Assembly (NCBI GenBank): GCA_051294905.1
Contig: CM119372.1
Coordinates: forward strand, 28,770,001 to 28,834,000
Reading direction: 5' to 3'
Source: Botryllus schlosseri
Taxonomy: Eukaryota
Length of the DNA stretch: 64,000 nt
Numbering within the stretch: the first letter of the stretch is position 1; each line of letters opens with the position of its first letter. The position numbers and the translations under genes are program-made. Below, piece by piece: positions 26,762 through 38,581 of the stretch. The notes beneath the pieces were generated by a model. That model was given only the letters and a program-made list of their open reading frames with translations, had not been told where the DNA came from and made no database searches.

Positions 26762-27313
26762 TTAGGACGAACAATACGTGGAGGGATTGAGCGAGTTACG
26801 CAACCCGATTATGTCGAAGTCTGGATCACGATACAAGTCTACCTGAGAATCCGAACAATCTTGCAAAATCAAGGTGTGAACCCGTGAAAGGGCTGTACTC
26901 GTGTGAGATTTATTTTTCACAAGTTGGGTGGAGGTCGGTTCATACAAAGACCATGTTACGTCCAAATATGACCGCTTGCCTGTCTCCAAGTCATCTATGC
27001 CCACATTGAATGTACAGAGTCGGCGCATGATGAGACTTGAGAACGTGAATTTGTGTCCCATGATGTTTGTGCATCGACACATTGTACATACACCTCGTTT
27101 ACGCAAATACTTGTGAACAATCGTGACGTACTTGATGTGATGGTGTATGCATAGGTATTTTTCATGGAGACAAAACACGGTCTGTAACATGTTTACTTGA
27201 ATATCGGTCGTTGGGTCATGAGTGAATATCCGGATCCGGCCCCCACACTTTCTCATATTAGTGATCCGGTTTCGGCTGACTGGAGCGACATGTATTGACC
27301 AGTAAAGACACAA
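26762..27313 (-). CDS. Hypothetical 183-aa ORF crossing the arm/spacer junction (possible remnant gene)
   Basis: Longest ORF in the palindromic element; no recognisable motif; non-ATG start in the track. Confidence 0.25.
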   Translation of the reverse strand: MCLYWSIHVAPVSRNRITNMRKCGGRIRIFTHDPTTDIQVNMLQTVFCLHEKYLCIHHHIKYVTIVHKYLRKRGVCTMCRCTNIMGHKFTFSSLIMRRLCTFNVGIDDLETGKRSYLDVTWSLYEPTSTQLVKNKSHTSTALSRVHTLILQDCSDSQVDLYRDPDFDIIGLRNSLNPSTYCSS

Positions 27314-30300
27314 TATAGTAAACAGACCCGAGGAAACTCACAAGTAACCCGATGTTGTCAGCGCGATGGGGAACATAAATTCATCCGTTTTCCAAACACC
27401 ATTATCCGTGTATCAACCAGTTACCAAAGTCGAGGAGGTGATTTATTCAGACATTTTGACTCTGGAAAATCCAAAGCACGAACCCGGACATCACGGACAT
27501 ATCGGAAACCCCTTTATTCACCAATTCCGAAAACATACATGTCGATGTACAGCAGCACATTGTTATTGTATGTGAGTAACCAATGATTTTGATGGGATGC
27601 ATCAAAGCAAGTGAATATTTGATTAGACAAATGTATCGGAGTCGTTGTTGGTGTATATTTTGTCGCTGTCTGTTGTAACAATATACAAAAAATATCAAAT
27701 TGACCGGTGTGGTTGTCAGTTTTCAAAACGAAAATGGTATTGTTACCCAGGGAAAAGATAGATTTCCAAGTGAAAACGGTATTGGTACTCAGGTAAATGA
27801 TAGTTTCCAGACGAAAAGGGTTTGTTACCCAGGAGAAAATGATTAGTTACTCTAGGTAAAAGTATTTTTCCAAGTGAAAATGTATTGTTACACTGGGTAA
27901 ACGCCGGATCTCCAAAAGAAAATGATATTTTTACTCGGGTAAACGACGGACCACCAAGTGAAAATGGTTTGTTGCTCAGGGAAAAAGGTTTGTTAGCCGG
28001 GGAAAAAATATATTTCCAAGTGAAAAAGGTTTGTTACCCAGAGAAAAAATATATTTCCAAGTGAAAAAGGTTTGTTAACCAGAGAAAAAATATATTTCCA
28101 AGTGAAAAAGGTTTGTTACCCAGAGAAAAAATATATTTCCAAGTGAAAAAGGTTTGTTAACCAGAGAAAAAATATATTTCCAAGTGAAAAAGGTTTGTTA
28201 ACCAGAGAAAAAATATATTTCCAAGTGAAAAAGGTTTGTTACCCAGAGAAAAAATATATTTCCAAGTGAAAAAGGTTTGTTACCCAGAGAAAAAATATAT
28301 TTCCAAAGGAAAAGGGGTTTGTTACACTGGGTAAACGATAAATCTCCAAAGGACAATGGTATTTCTACTCGGGTAACGACCGACCTCTAGGTGAAAATGG
28401 TAATTTTACTTGGGTAGGTATCGCATGTTTAGTGTTGTTGGTATTGTTAAACGTTGTCGCCGGTAGCTGTTGGTATACTATTACGAGTGTGAAAAGGATT
28501 TACACGGCCTGTGCAGAGTATCGCGATAGTAAACATATTTTTGGTGCGACGAAACAAGATCGTTGTTTAAATTTTAATGCATTTCGATTACCGAGTTGCT
28601 GTACAGTAGAGATGACTCTACATTAGACCGTGCTGTATACTTCGATTAAAACCACAAGACCACATGTAAATCTATTCGCGCAACTCGATGATGTTGATAT
28701 AGTGTTACTAAAATTAATTATTACCTATTTACACAACATAAAAATAACAATTCATGTCGCAGCAGGTTTCTTGAACTCGTGCTTGATGAAACGAATGGTG
28801 ACAAGTAGGCTTTGAGTGAAAAATAATTATTTAGAGTAGTGACATTTTGTGACCAACGATTGTAAATCGATCATGATATTACAATATATGCTTTCGTCAA
28901 CATACCGACTTGGCGTAGAAACACTTTCACGTTTTTTGAATAACTGGATTCTCGAGACTTGCTACTTGTACGATGTATCGTTGGTGTGCAAACTATAACG
29001 GCCATTTTGTATGATAGTATGTTTTAGTTGTATTGTTGTGAGGACAACCATGTGATGACTCAGCGCTTTTCGTTAGCAAAGTAGGTTGATTTGTGTGTAA
29101 GATGTAAGCACCGTGCTAGAAAACATATGTACTCTGTTGTTGGAGTAGTTGATTTATTGTTATGACATGGACATATCCTGAAGCCTTGGTTTGTTGTCTT
29201 ACGAAAGATGAGGCGACCTCGGTGTCGTAAATTGTGTTAACTAAACTCGTATGGATACCACAATTGTGCTGGACTTACACCACCAATCATTGTACAGGTT
29301 TGTAGCATGAGCGAATATTTTCGTGTAACATGAATATCTTTCGTATACACTTAGTATGAAATGAGATGTGTGGAACAATAATTAGTGTCGTACAAAGTGT
29401 TGTGTTTGATTGCTTACTTACTTTTTATCAATGTCTATGTGATGTTAAAAGACGACTGAGTTTTCATTTACATTAAGCGGAGAAACTCATGTAATAAATT
29501 TTACTCATTTGAAAATCGACTCGCGTGAAAATATCGATTAACAGTATCAATATGAGCAGTATGTTATTTTCCGCGATATGCAACCAATCTTCTAAGCATA
29601 ACTTGTCAAAATTTATCGTGTTATAGAAAAGTCGGCTGTTACGAATTCGAAACAAATGATACTTCGGTTATGACGACAAAGGGAATTGAGATCAACGCAG
29701 TATTTCGGAAGTGAATGTGTATCGTTTGGTATGTTCAGCAATCACTAAATGATAAAAAATATGAAACTGTGCATACAACTCGGTTAGGTAAACGATACAG
29801 TTACAAGTCGGATGTGATCTCGATTTACAGATGACAGCTTGATGATGTAAAGCTCAACCACTCCAGTGTGTGTGTTTATTGCAAAGTATTTGACACAAAC
29901 AAAATATTGAACGTAGGCCCACCACTTGGTTTCATTACGAGGTGAGTGAAAATTGTTTTCTGTTGGTGAGGTATGATTTGCATTTAGAAAAACGCTCTAT
30001 GCCGATTAAGCGACGCTGTTTAATATCATAATCCGATGACTGAGTGAAATTTCCTTATGGTTTGATTTAGCGAGTTGATTACCGGCGATTCAATCACATA
30101 CAAGTAAGATCTTTTACGGGATGAGTATTGTGACAACATATACTTTGACGAATGACAATGGGGAGAAATTTCCGATTTCTTTGGTCGTGAGCGTTCTACA
30201 AATATTTCCGGCATACATTTAGCAAGCAACCTACAATATTCTTTTGTTATGGTAATGACTTTCACAAGTTTGGTTTTATGATTAGTATTACTTATTTAAA

Positions 30301-33300
30301 TGATAATTTATGATCACTACTTTGAGTAACAATACAAACACATTTTGTAGATTTCAGTGTAGCGCCTATTGCGATTTTGTTAATGCTATGAGTTTTGTGT
30401 ATTACTCAAGTCTAGTAGAATAGGATGCGTCCAGTAAAGATATTCCAAACGAAATTGTTGTGTCATCTTTAGTCTTGGTTACTGGAAACAACTACATTTG
30501 TAAAAATATTTTCTGATATCCGTAATACACAGAGTGATTTGTACCAACACGGAATATCTTTCAAACCAAGAACATTTCATACAAGTATAGTTTTACAAAT
30601 CAATATGTTAATAACCACGGCGGTGAAAAGTTTGTTGCTGTCATAATAACCTTTACCGCAACGCCGGGTCTAATTAACGCGAATAATTTAATAATCAAGT
30701 CATGATCAACTATTACATATGTCAAATCCATGTGTCAATCCTTATGTTTACAGCATGATAACTTTCAATGTAATACCGGTGTTCGATCGTATAAAATGAA
30801 TTCTTAACTACGTTGGTCAGACATTCAAATATCATATACTCAAAACATATGTTAATCTCAAGTCGCTGACACCGAGAAGTAATTACTTTTGTCTTACAAA
30901 ATATACCACATAGTAATTTCTTTGTCTTGCGGAATAGTAACGACTTTTACAGTTGAATAAAAGTACGAGTTGGTGGACTATGAATACAACCGAACTTGCT
31001 ATGGATTTTGGATTGTGGTGATTACTCGCGTAGTCTTGTCTACTTTTCATAAGGATACTTTTTGCTTTGGTTGGGTAAGTTACAAACGGATTGACTTGAC
31101 AAGGTTTTTTGTATTTTACTCTTTTGTGTAGGGGAAGATGTTAAAATGTTGAGACGTAATACTATTTCCGTTCACTCGATTACAACAAAAAAAAAAAAAT
31201 AACCCGATAGCTTGTTCAAGGTTTCGACAAATAGATTGAAATATTCCGATTTAACTCATCGCGTCACAAGTCATCGCGTCACAATATTTACAACAGGTGC
31301 TATTTCATTGAATGATTCTATTGTGTGTAGTAACACTTTAAAATATCGCGATAGTATTTACTGAAACTGACAAACGGAAAACTCAGTCGTGAATAGAGTT
31401 GTAAGTTTCAAGGATTGTTTCAAAGTATAATCTTGAAATGTGACTGGATCAAAGTTAGTAGTCATGTTTGTCAAAGTCCAAATATTTCATTTTGGATTAT
31501 CTGGATTTACCTTTAGTACATCCCGCGAATGGATTCCGATGCGGTACTATAACATTTTTGATAATAATGACTCAAGGATTTTCAATCAACAATACTGGAA
31601 TTTTTTGGTAATGCTAGAGTTGCCAAATGATTAGTTGCGTGTTTTTGTTAGGTGTTTGATTTCAAGTTAATAAAGACAATAACTGTGTAATGCACATACT
31701 TGTGATTCTTGATTCTTGTAGAGTTATAGTTGGTATTGATTCTATAAGTGTGAAAACAGCGGCGAATGTGCGAATAATTCGATGCGGCTGAAAGTCGGCG
31801 TCAGTAATATTCGGGTTACGCTCGATTCAACAAAAACGCGTTAAGGGATTTGTTAAAGGATTAGAGTTGTACCGATTTAGAACATTCAGATACGAATCGA
31901 CTTGCTTTGTGTAGTGAGTTTCATTTCAAGTTGATAAACTAACACATTGATTGAATATTTTCATGGATCTTATCACGCAACTAAAGTCAGCCACTATTCT
32001 GGAGGCGTGAAACATATAGCGATCGCGGGCGAGTGACAAATTGTTGGTTTTCGAATCACCGGCTGCGACGGCTCTGTGACAAACTTATTACCGAAATATT
32101 ACCTTGTGAGTGGGTATGAGAGATTGCTATATGTCTGAAGCATTATCCGGTGAGTGGTCGTTGGATTTTAAAATTATATCACACCCTTTTGAATAAGCGT
32201 TCACTTCACAAAGGATTAGGGTTAGAGCGGAAATAAGTGACAATTTGTCGCTATTCAAGTTACCGCGGTCTGTTATTCGTTACTTGTTAAATCTTACCAG
32301 CGATATCAAGTTCTGTTTCAAACTGATTACTAAAATTTCACCGCGTGGGCGATCGGTATGGTTATGACACCAAGTCGTGAAAGATGGTTATGACCGAGAC
32401 ATTATCTTGTCAGCGATCGCGGGGTTTTGCAAGCTATTTCACAGCTATTTGAAGTGTTAATTCGTGAGCGTTGTTATTGTTGATATTCGAATCGCCGTCT
32501 ACGCCGGCTCTGTGGTAAACTAAATACCAAAATATTACCTTGCCAGTGATTCCTAGACTTGGCAAACTATTTCACACCTTTTTTGCTGAAAGTACAACAT
32601 GCCGCCCGCAGTCTATACCGAAAGTACGAATCACGACCGCACCCATAAGAAATAAGACCCACCGCCATAAGAAATAAGTGCCGCTCGCCACCCCGGGTTT
32701 CGTGTTAGCATCAATAGCCGCTCACCACCCCCGCCATAAGACGCAATAGCCGCATGCGACCGCGCCCATAAGAACACATGGCGAGTCACCACAGATCCCG
32801 TAAGAATACACGACAGGCGAATCACCGTCACCACCTATAGTAAAAAAGGCGAGTCACAACCACCGCGGTTGGCCGTGAAACAATTCAGCGCGCAGGTCAT
32901 TCGAAATATAGGTCGCACTGCTTAATCCTCTTGCAAGCCACGTTTCCGTTTGTGCGGTTATTGTTGGTGACTATTCAACACCCCGCGAGAGATGGTTGAA
33001 AGTGCGAATCACGACCGCATCCATAAGAACACATGGCACCTCACCAGAGATCTCATAAGAACCAATGACACATCACCAGAGATCTCGTAAGAAACAATGA
33101 CACATCACGAGCGATAGGGGGTCTGAAAGGGTGCCATCACCAACACGAGTTTTCACGGCACATCACCGACGAAGCCTATACCCGAAAGGGTACCATCACC
33201 AGAGATCCCATAAGAACACATGGCACCTCACCAGCGGAAGGGGGGGTCAAAAGGGTGCCATCACCAATACGAGTTTCGCGGCACCTCACCAGCGGGCCCA

Positions 33301-33341
33301 TAAGAACCCCAGGCAAATCACGAGCGATCTATATAACTACT
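26990..33341 (-). repeat. Right arm of giant inverted repeat
   Basis: Reverse complement of 19666-26014 apart from a few substitutions and a 3-bp homopolymer length difference. Confidence 0.97.
27984..28323 (-). repeat. 41-bp minisatellite, mirror copy in the right arm
   Basis: Reverse complement of 24681-25020. Confidence 0.93.
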
Positions 33342-33396
33342 ATCGGGACCCTGACGTGTCCAGGCCACGGATAGAGAAACACACTAAATACTGAAA

Positions 33397-34515
33397 ATGG
33401 AGATTCAAAATGAGAACAGGCCGAGATCGCTTGATCTGGTAGTCAAAGAGATCAAAACGCAAGATGAAATAATGAAATGGCTTGAGACCCATGAGGTTTT
33501 GAAAAAATACACGAACGAATACGAATGCATCTTCCAAAATGGTAGCAAAACCTTTAACATCACTTTCAAACCGAACGGTGACGGACAAATTGAAACCAGA
33601 GAGGCATTCTACAACGAAGCCAAAAATAAATTGAGTAACGCCACACTTCAGGCGAAACTCTATTTTCCAAAGAAACCATGGAAATACATCAATGTGAGGG
33701 CCGTGCCGGCCGAAATTACCAACGAGGATTTTGAAAAATATCTGGAAACTTTCGATTGCGGTAAAATAAGAACTGTCACAGGTATGCACAACGGCTTTAG
33801 AAGAATTGCTATAGAAGACTACAAAAAAGGAAGCATTCCCCAATTCTTGAAAATAGGCACAACATACAGCAAAGTGTTCCTCCCATTTGATTTGGAAGAG
33901 AGATGCCAAAACTGCCTTGAAAGTGGGCACAAAGCAGATGATTGCGAGAACGAAGTAGTCTGCAGATATTGCCAGAAAACTGGTCACTACCAAACGCGAT
34001 GCCCGAAAAAAGAAACTGACTTTCCTTTGCTACAAAGGAAACCAGTAACAGAAAGGAACGACACAATTGAAAATAAGAATGAGAGAATGAACCAAATAGA
34101 CGAAACAGAGATTGAACAACCAGAGGAACAGAATGTAGTTGAAGAGACAGACACAGAAAGAGAAGTTTTGCAAGAGGAAAATAACAGAGAAAATGTAAAT
34201 AACGATAGGTACCTATCGTATAACAAACAAAACGAAGATTGCTATGAAGACCTGCATGACACACTAGTTAAAGCAGCTCTAGAATTGTCTTCCAGCTCGT
34301 CCGACACTGACGACGAAAAGAGAAATAGATCAAACAAGTCTCAAAAGAAGATCAATGACGAGACAGAAGATATGTCAGATGCAACAGAAAGGACACTGAA
34401 AAACAGAAACTCAGAAGACGAAGAAGCAGAAACAACAGGGAAGCCCCAACCAGACCCGGAAGGGAAACCCAAGAAAAAGAAGAAGAAAAAGAAAAAGGGC
34501 GAAAGAACGAAATAG
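33397..34515 (+). CDS. ORF1 (gag-like nucleic-acid-binding protein) of element B, two CCHC zinc knuckles
   Basis: CQNCLESGHKADDC and CRYCQKTGHYQTRC; acidic tail and poly-K; N-terminal NRPRSLD shared with ORF1 of C; intact 372 aa. Confidence 0.9.
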   Translation: MEIQNENRPRSLDLVVKEIKTQDEIMKWLETHEVLKKYTNEYECIFQNGSKTFNITFKPNGDGQIETREAFYNEAKNKLSNATLQAKLYFPKKPWKYINVRAVPAEITNEDFEKYLETFDCGKIRTVTGMHNGFRRIAIEDYKKGSIPQFLKIGTTYSKVFLPFDLEERCQNCLESGHKADDCENEVVCRYCQKTGHYQTRCPKKETDFPLLQRKPVTERNDTIENKNERMNQIDETEIEQPEEQNVVEETDTEREVLQEENNRENVNNDRYLSYNKQNEDCYEDLHDTLVKAALELSSSSSDTDDEKRNRSNKSQKKINDETEDMSDATERTLKNRNSEDEEAETTGKPQPDPEGKPKKKKKKKKKGERTK

Positions 34516-34535
34516 CAACTCCTAAAAACTCCAAG

Positions 34536-37500
34536 ATGAAGCTGTCAATCCTGTCGATAAACATAAACGGATTAGGGAAAAACTGGATAAAATTCAAGAC
34601 TCTGTTACTAAGAAACAAAAAGTACGATATAATTTGTCTACAGGAAACTCACAAATTAGATAAAAAACAACTCGAATCTCAGCTGTCACACTTAGATTAC
34701 ACTCTATTAGAAAACTGCCTTGACAAAACAGAAAAGAACGATCGTAATAAATTATACTTTCAAGGCACAGCCATAATTATTAGAAAACAGTTAGAAAATT
34801 ATACGTTGATGAAATCAGAAATAATTATCGAACACAGAGCACAGAAAATCGAAATTAAAGATGATCAACACATTATAGAGATCTGGAACATATACGCCCC
34901 CCCGAACCAGGGAAAGTATAAAACAGATTTCTACGACAGTTTGACGACAGCGATTGGGAAAACGGATGAGAGAAAGATCATATGCGGCGACTTCAATATG
35001 ATTAGTAGAGAAATAGATGCGAAAATTAAAACGAAACAGGGCTTGTCACCGGCAGGAAAGAAATGGAATGACACAATCAGACGATATAATTTGAGAGATA
35101 TTTTCAGAACGAGGAACCCCCAAAAAATCTTATATACAATGATCAGAAAACATCAAGAAAGAAGAATAGATCGCATATACTGCACAAAAAACATCGAACA
35201 AGAGATACACAAATTTGAATACAAAGTCAACACCATTTCGGATCACCTATACATGAGCACCTTACTACTAGTCAAACAGAAGAGACCCGCATGGGGGAAA
35301 GGGCATTGGAAAAATAATGTGAATTTATATAATGATAAAGAAATAAGACAAGAAATCAAAGAGACCTACCTGATCTATGCCGGACAAAAAGAAATCTTTG
35401 ATAGCATAGCAGGATAGTGGGATAAAATGAAAAGTAAGATCAAGCAGACACTGAAGAAGAGAGGAAAGAAACACAGAAAGGAAGTGTCGGAACGGAGATC
35501 TAAGATGGAAACTGAGCTGAGCCGAACCCTGACGAGCACAGAAAAACATCGAGATCTAATAGCAAAGATACGAGAATATGATAAGGAAGAAATTAAAAGA
35601 TTAAATAAGAGAGCTAGAGTCATGGATATAGAACATGATGAAAAACCAACAAAATACTTCTTCGACCGAATAAAAAGCGAAGAAAAACGTCAAAACATAG
35701 AAACACTCGAAAACAGTAACGGAGAGTTACTAATCGAGAAAAAAGAAATGATGGATGAGGTTAAAGAATTCTACAATGGGTTGTGGGAGAAAACCTCCAA
35801 TATTGATATGAGAATACAAGAAACCTTCAAAAAAGAAATTGAAGGTAGCCTATAGGAATTAGCGAAGAAAAACGAGCACATCTGAACGACACGATATCGG
35901 AAGATGAAATTCTGCTCGCGATTAAATCGATGAAAAATAATAGATCCCCCGGTACCGACGGGATCTCCATTGAATTCTATAAAACATTTTGGAACATGAT
36001 AAGAAAAGAACTTACCGAGGTAATGAACAACGCATACAGCTTCAATTCTACCTGCAACACATGGGAAGAGGGATTAGTAAAGCTAATTTACAAGAAAGGA
36101 AATCCTAGGCACATCAAAAATTACCGACCGATAACATTATTAAATACGGATTACAATATATTATCTAAAATACTAACCAGTAGAATGAAAAGCATACTAC
36201 CGGATATCATAGACAACACCCAAAAATGCAGCATTGACAAGAGAAGCATTTTTGATGCGGCACTTAATCTGAAATCTGCAATAGATTATTCCAGAAAGAA
36301 GGAGATACCGGCAGTGATAGGCAGCGTAGACCAGGAGAAAGCGTTTGATAGGGTCAATCATGACTACCTATTATCGCTAATAAAATCCTGGGATTTGGGA
36401 GAAAACTTCTACAATTATATCAAACATACATATAATAACGCTAGAAGTCGAATCCAAATCAACGGAGCGAAAACTAACTCGGTGAAAATAAAAAGAGGCA
36501 TTAGGCAAGGCTGCCCCATGAGCATGATGCTCTATGCAATGGCAACCGAACCATTAGCAAAGAAAATAATAAAAGACGAAGAAATTAGAGGAATTAGATT
36601 AGGCCAAGAAGTTTTGAAAATTCAGCAATACGCGGACGATTTAACGACGTTCACTCAATCGAAAAACTCACTTACTAAAATTATGAAACACCTGAAAGAT
36701 TTTGAGAAAGCAACGGGACAAAGCATTAACGAAGAAAAAACTCAACTACTGCCACTAACAAGAGCGGCAGGAATTGAGCTCAAAAACTCAGTATTCGAGA
36801 ATTTCACAAAAAATAGTATAAAGATATTGGGATATAAGTTTGGGAAGGATGAAAACAAAGAGTCGTGGAAAGAAAGAATAGATAAGATCGATAAAATAAT
36901 AAATATGTACAAAACAAGACGGCTGACTTGGATAGGAAAAATACAAATCCTGAAAAGTCTTGCAACGTCTCAGATACTCTACACTGCTAGAGTACATAGA
37001 CCTACCAATGAGAACATTAAAAAAATAGAGAGGAGTTTCTTCCAGTTCATGTATTATCCAGAAAAGATGGAAGTAATAGCTAGGAATCTCCTTATAAAAA
37101 GGAAACACGAAGGGGGACTGGCCATGCCATTCCCAAAATCGATCGTAGACACGTGCCAATTGATAAAAATTGAGGCCCTGTCGGAATTAGAAAACACATG
37201 CGAATTCTGGCATCAAGAAGCCTTATATCAATTAGGAACCAAAATTAAAGCCATCAACGCGGGACTGTACACAAACAGCATGCCGCATAATGATAGCCCA
37301 GATCAAGAATGGAGAAGAATAGTTGAAGACATGAAGAAAATACGATGGTCAACCGAACAATGGATGGACGCCACTTTCAAAAACCTGTACATGAGATGTA
37401 CAGAAAGTGTGGAGAAAAAATCACCATTCAGGCAAACGATGAAGTGGAAGGTATTGCAAGGAGAGGAGAGAGGACGTAATAACATACTTACCAACAAAGA

Positions 37501-37967
37501 GAAGATCATAAATTACAGACTAAATAACAAAGGATATATATTCGGCAAAGAAAAAAGAAGAAGAAATCTATGGAAAAGAAATGATATAACGTCTTGCAAG
37601 TTTTGCGGGAAAGATGAAGACGATATAGAACACGTCTTCACAAAATGTGCCTTCTCGCAAGAAGTCCTATGCAAGATGGAAAGCGAGAAAGGGATAAAAT
37701 TACCGAGAAGAGAAAAACTACTTTACAGCCAAAAAAAAAAAAAATATGAACCAAATAATTCTTATCACGATATTTAGGAAAGTGATCCTGAGAACAAAAC
37801 AAAAATGGGATATCGAAAACGTCTCAATGATTAACCGACAACACTGGACGGAAAAGACTGTAAAAGAAATTCTCAAAAAATACGACGACAGAATCGACTT
37901 GATTGAAAAGGTCGAACAAGAAAATACCTGGACGACCGACGAAGACGGACACACGATGACAAATTGA
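34536..37967 (+). pseudogene. ORF2 of element B (EN-RT-CCHC), disrupted
   Basis: CLQETH, GDFN, RRIDRIY, SDH, GIRQGCPMS, QYADD, CKFC..H..C. In-frame TAG at 35415 where A and C have W(W)D; frameshifts near 35855 and in the A-run at ~37735. Confidence 0.92.
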
Positions 37968-38169
37968 CGACGATGGTTGGAGACGAACGAGGCGAGTTGA
38001 ACGATGATGACGAGCATGGCGATGGAAATCTTGCAAGAATGATGATTTTGTGTATTTGTGTTTTTGCTTTTTTCACGCAATTTAATAACTTGTATTGAGA
38101 TTATATTTTGAATAAACTATGGTTGACTGTGGCCAACCACGATAAAAAAAAAATTTCCGTTTCACCTTC

Positions 38170-38390
38170 GAGTCTTCTTCAGACTCTAACCTCCTCCCTC
38201 CTTGGACCTGACTCGTCTTCGTGAGTCAGGTCTGAAGAAGTCTGTTCCTACCTCTACTGGAGCTTGACTCGTCTTAGTGAGTCAACTCTAGTAGAGTCTT
38301 TTCTCTTCAGGTCTTGACTCTCTCTCTCGAGTCAGGACTTGTCGAGTCTTTTCTTTGGAGACTTGACTCTCTCTCGAGTCAAGTCTCCAA
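38170..38390 (+). repeat. Tandem GACTC...GAGTC hairpin repeats in the 5'UTR of element C
   Basis: GACCTGACTC/GAGTCAGGTC, TTGACTC/GAGTCAA and GGAGACTTGACTC/GAGTCAAGTCTCC inverted pairs. Confidence 0.75.
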
Positions 38391-38581
38391 CCTTTCCTTC
38401 TCTCGCACCTCTCTCCTGAGGCGACGAGTGAACTTCTTTAACCTTAGCTCAGTTCGATTGTCTGACGTCAGCCGCCAGACATCGAACGATCCTCGCGCGT
38501 CTGCGAAACCGCGGTATCGATTTCTCGCTTGTCTGGAAACGCCTCGCTTTGAGTTCCATAGCAAGATAAAAACGCCACAAT

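Larger units (their letters stand above)
19666..33341. mobile_element. 13.7-kb non-autonomous Polinton/Maverick-like element with 6.35-kb terminal inverted repeats
   Basis: Termini AGTAGTTATATAG...CTATATAACTACT; perfect 6-bp TSD ATCGGG (19660-19665 and 33342-33347); arms 19666-26014 and 26990-33341; no long ORFs. Confidence 0.8.
19444..38153 (+). mobile_element. Tx1/L1-clade retrotransposon B (own sequence 19444-19665 plus 33342-38153)
   Basis: ORF1 and ORF2, AATAAA, short GGTTG/CAACC hairpin and poly(A) 38144-38153; candidate 9-bp TSD ATTTCCGTT. Confidence 0.75.

Noticed and set aside
32214..32226. Telomeric TTAGGG seed in the palindrome arms
   Set aside because: Fewer than two full repeats; expected by chance
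19666..33341. Giant inverted repeat as a pure assembly or chimeric-read artefact
   Set aside because: Both outer ends coincide with AGTAGT termini and a 6-bp TSD, the arms differ at several sites, and a related terminus occurs at 1091; read-level confirmation is still advisable
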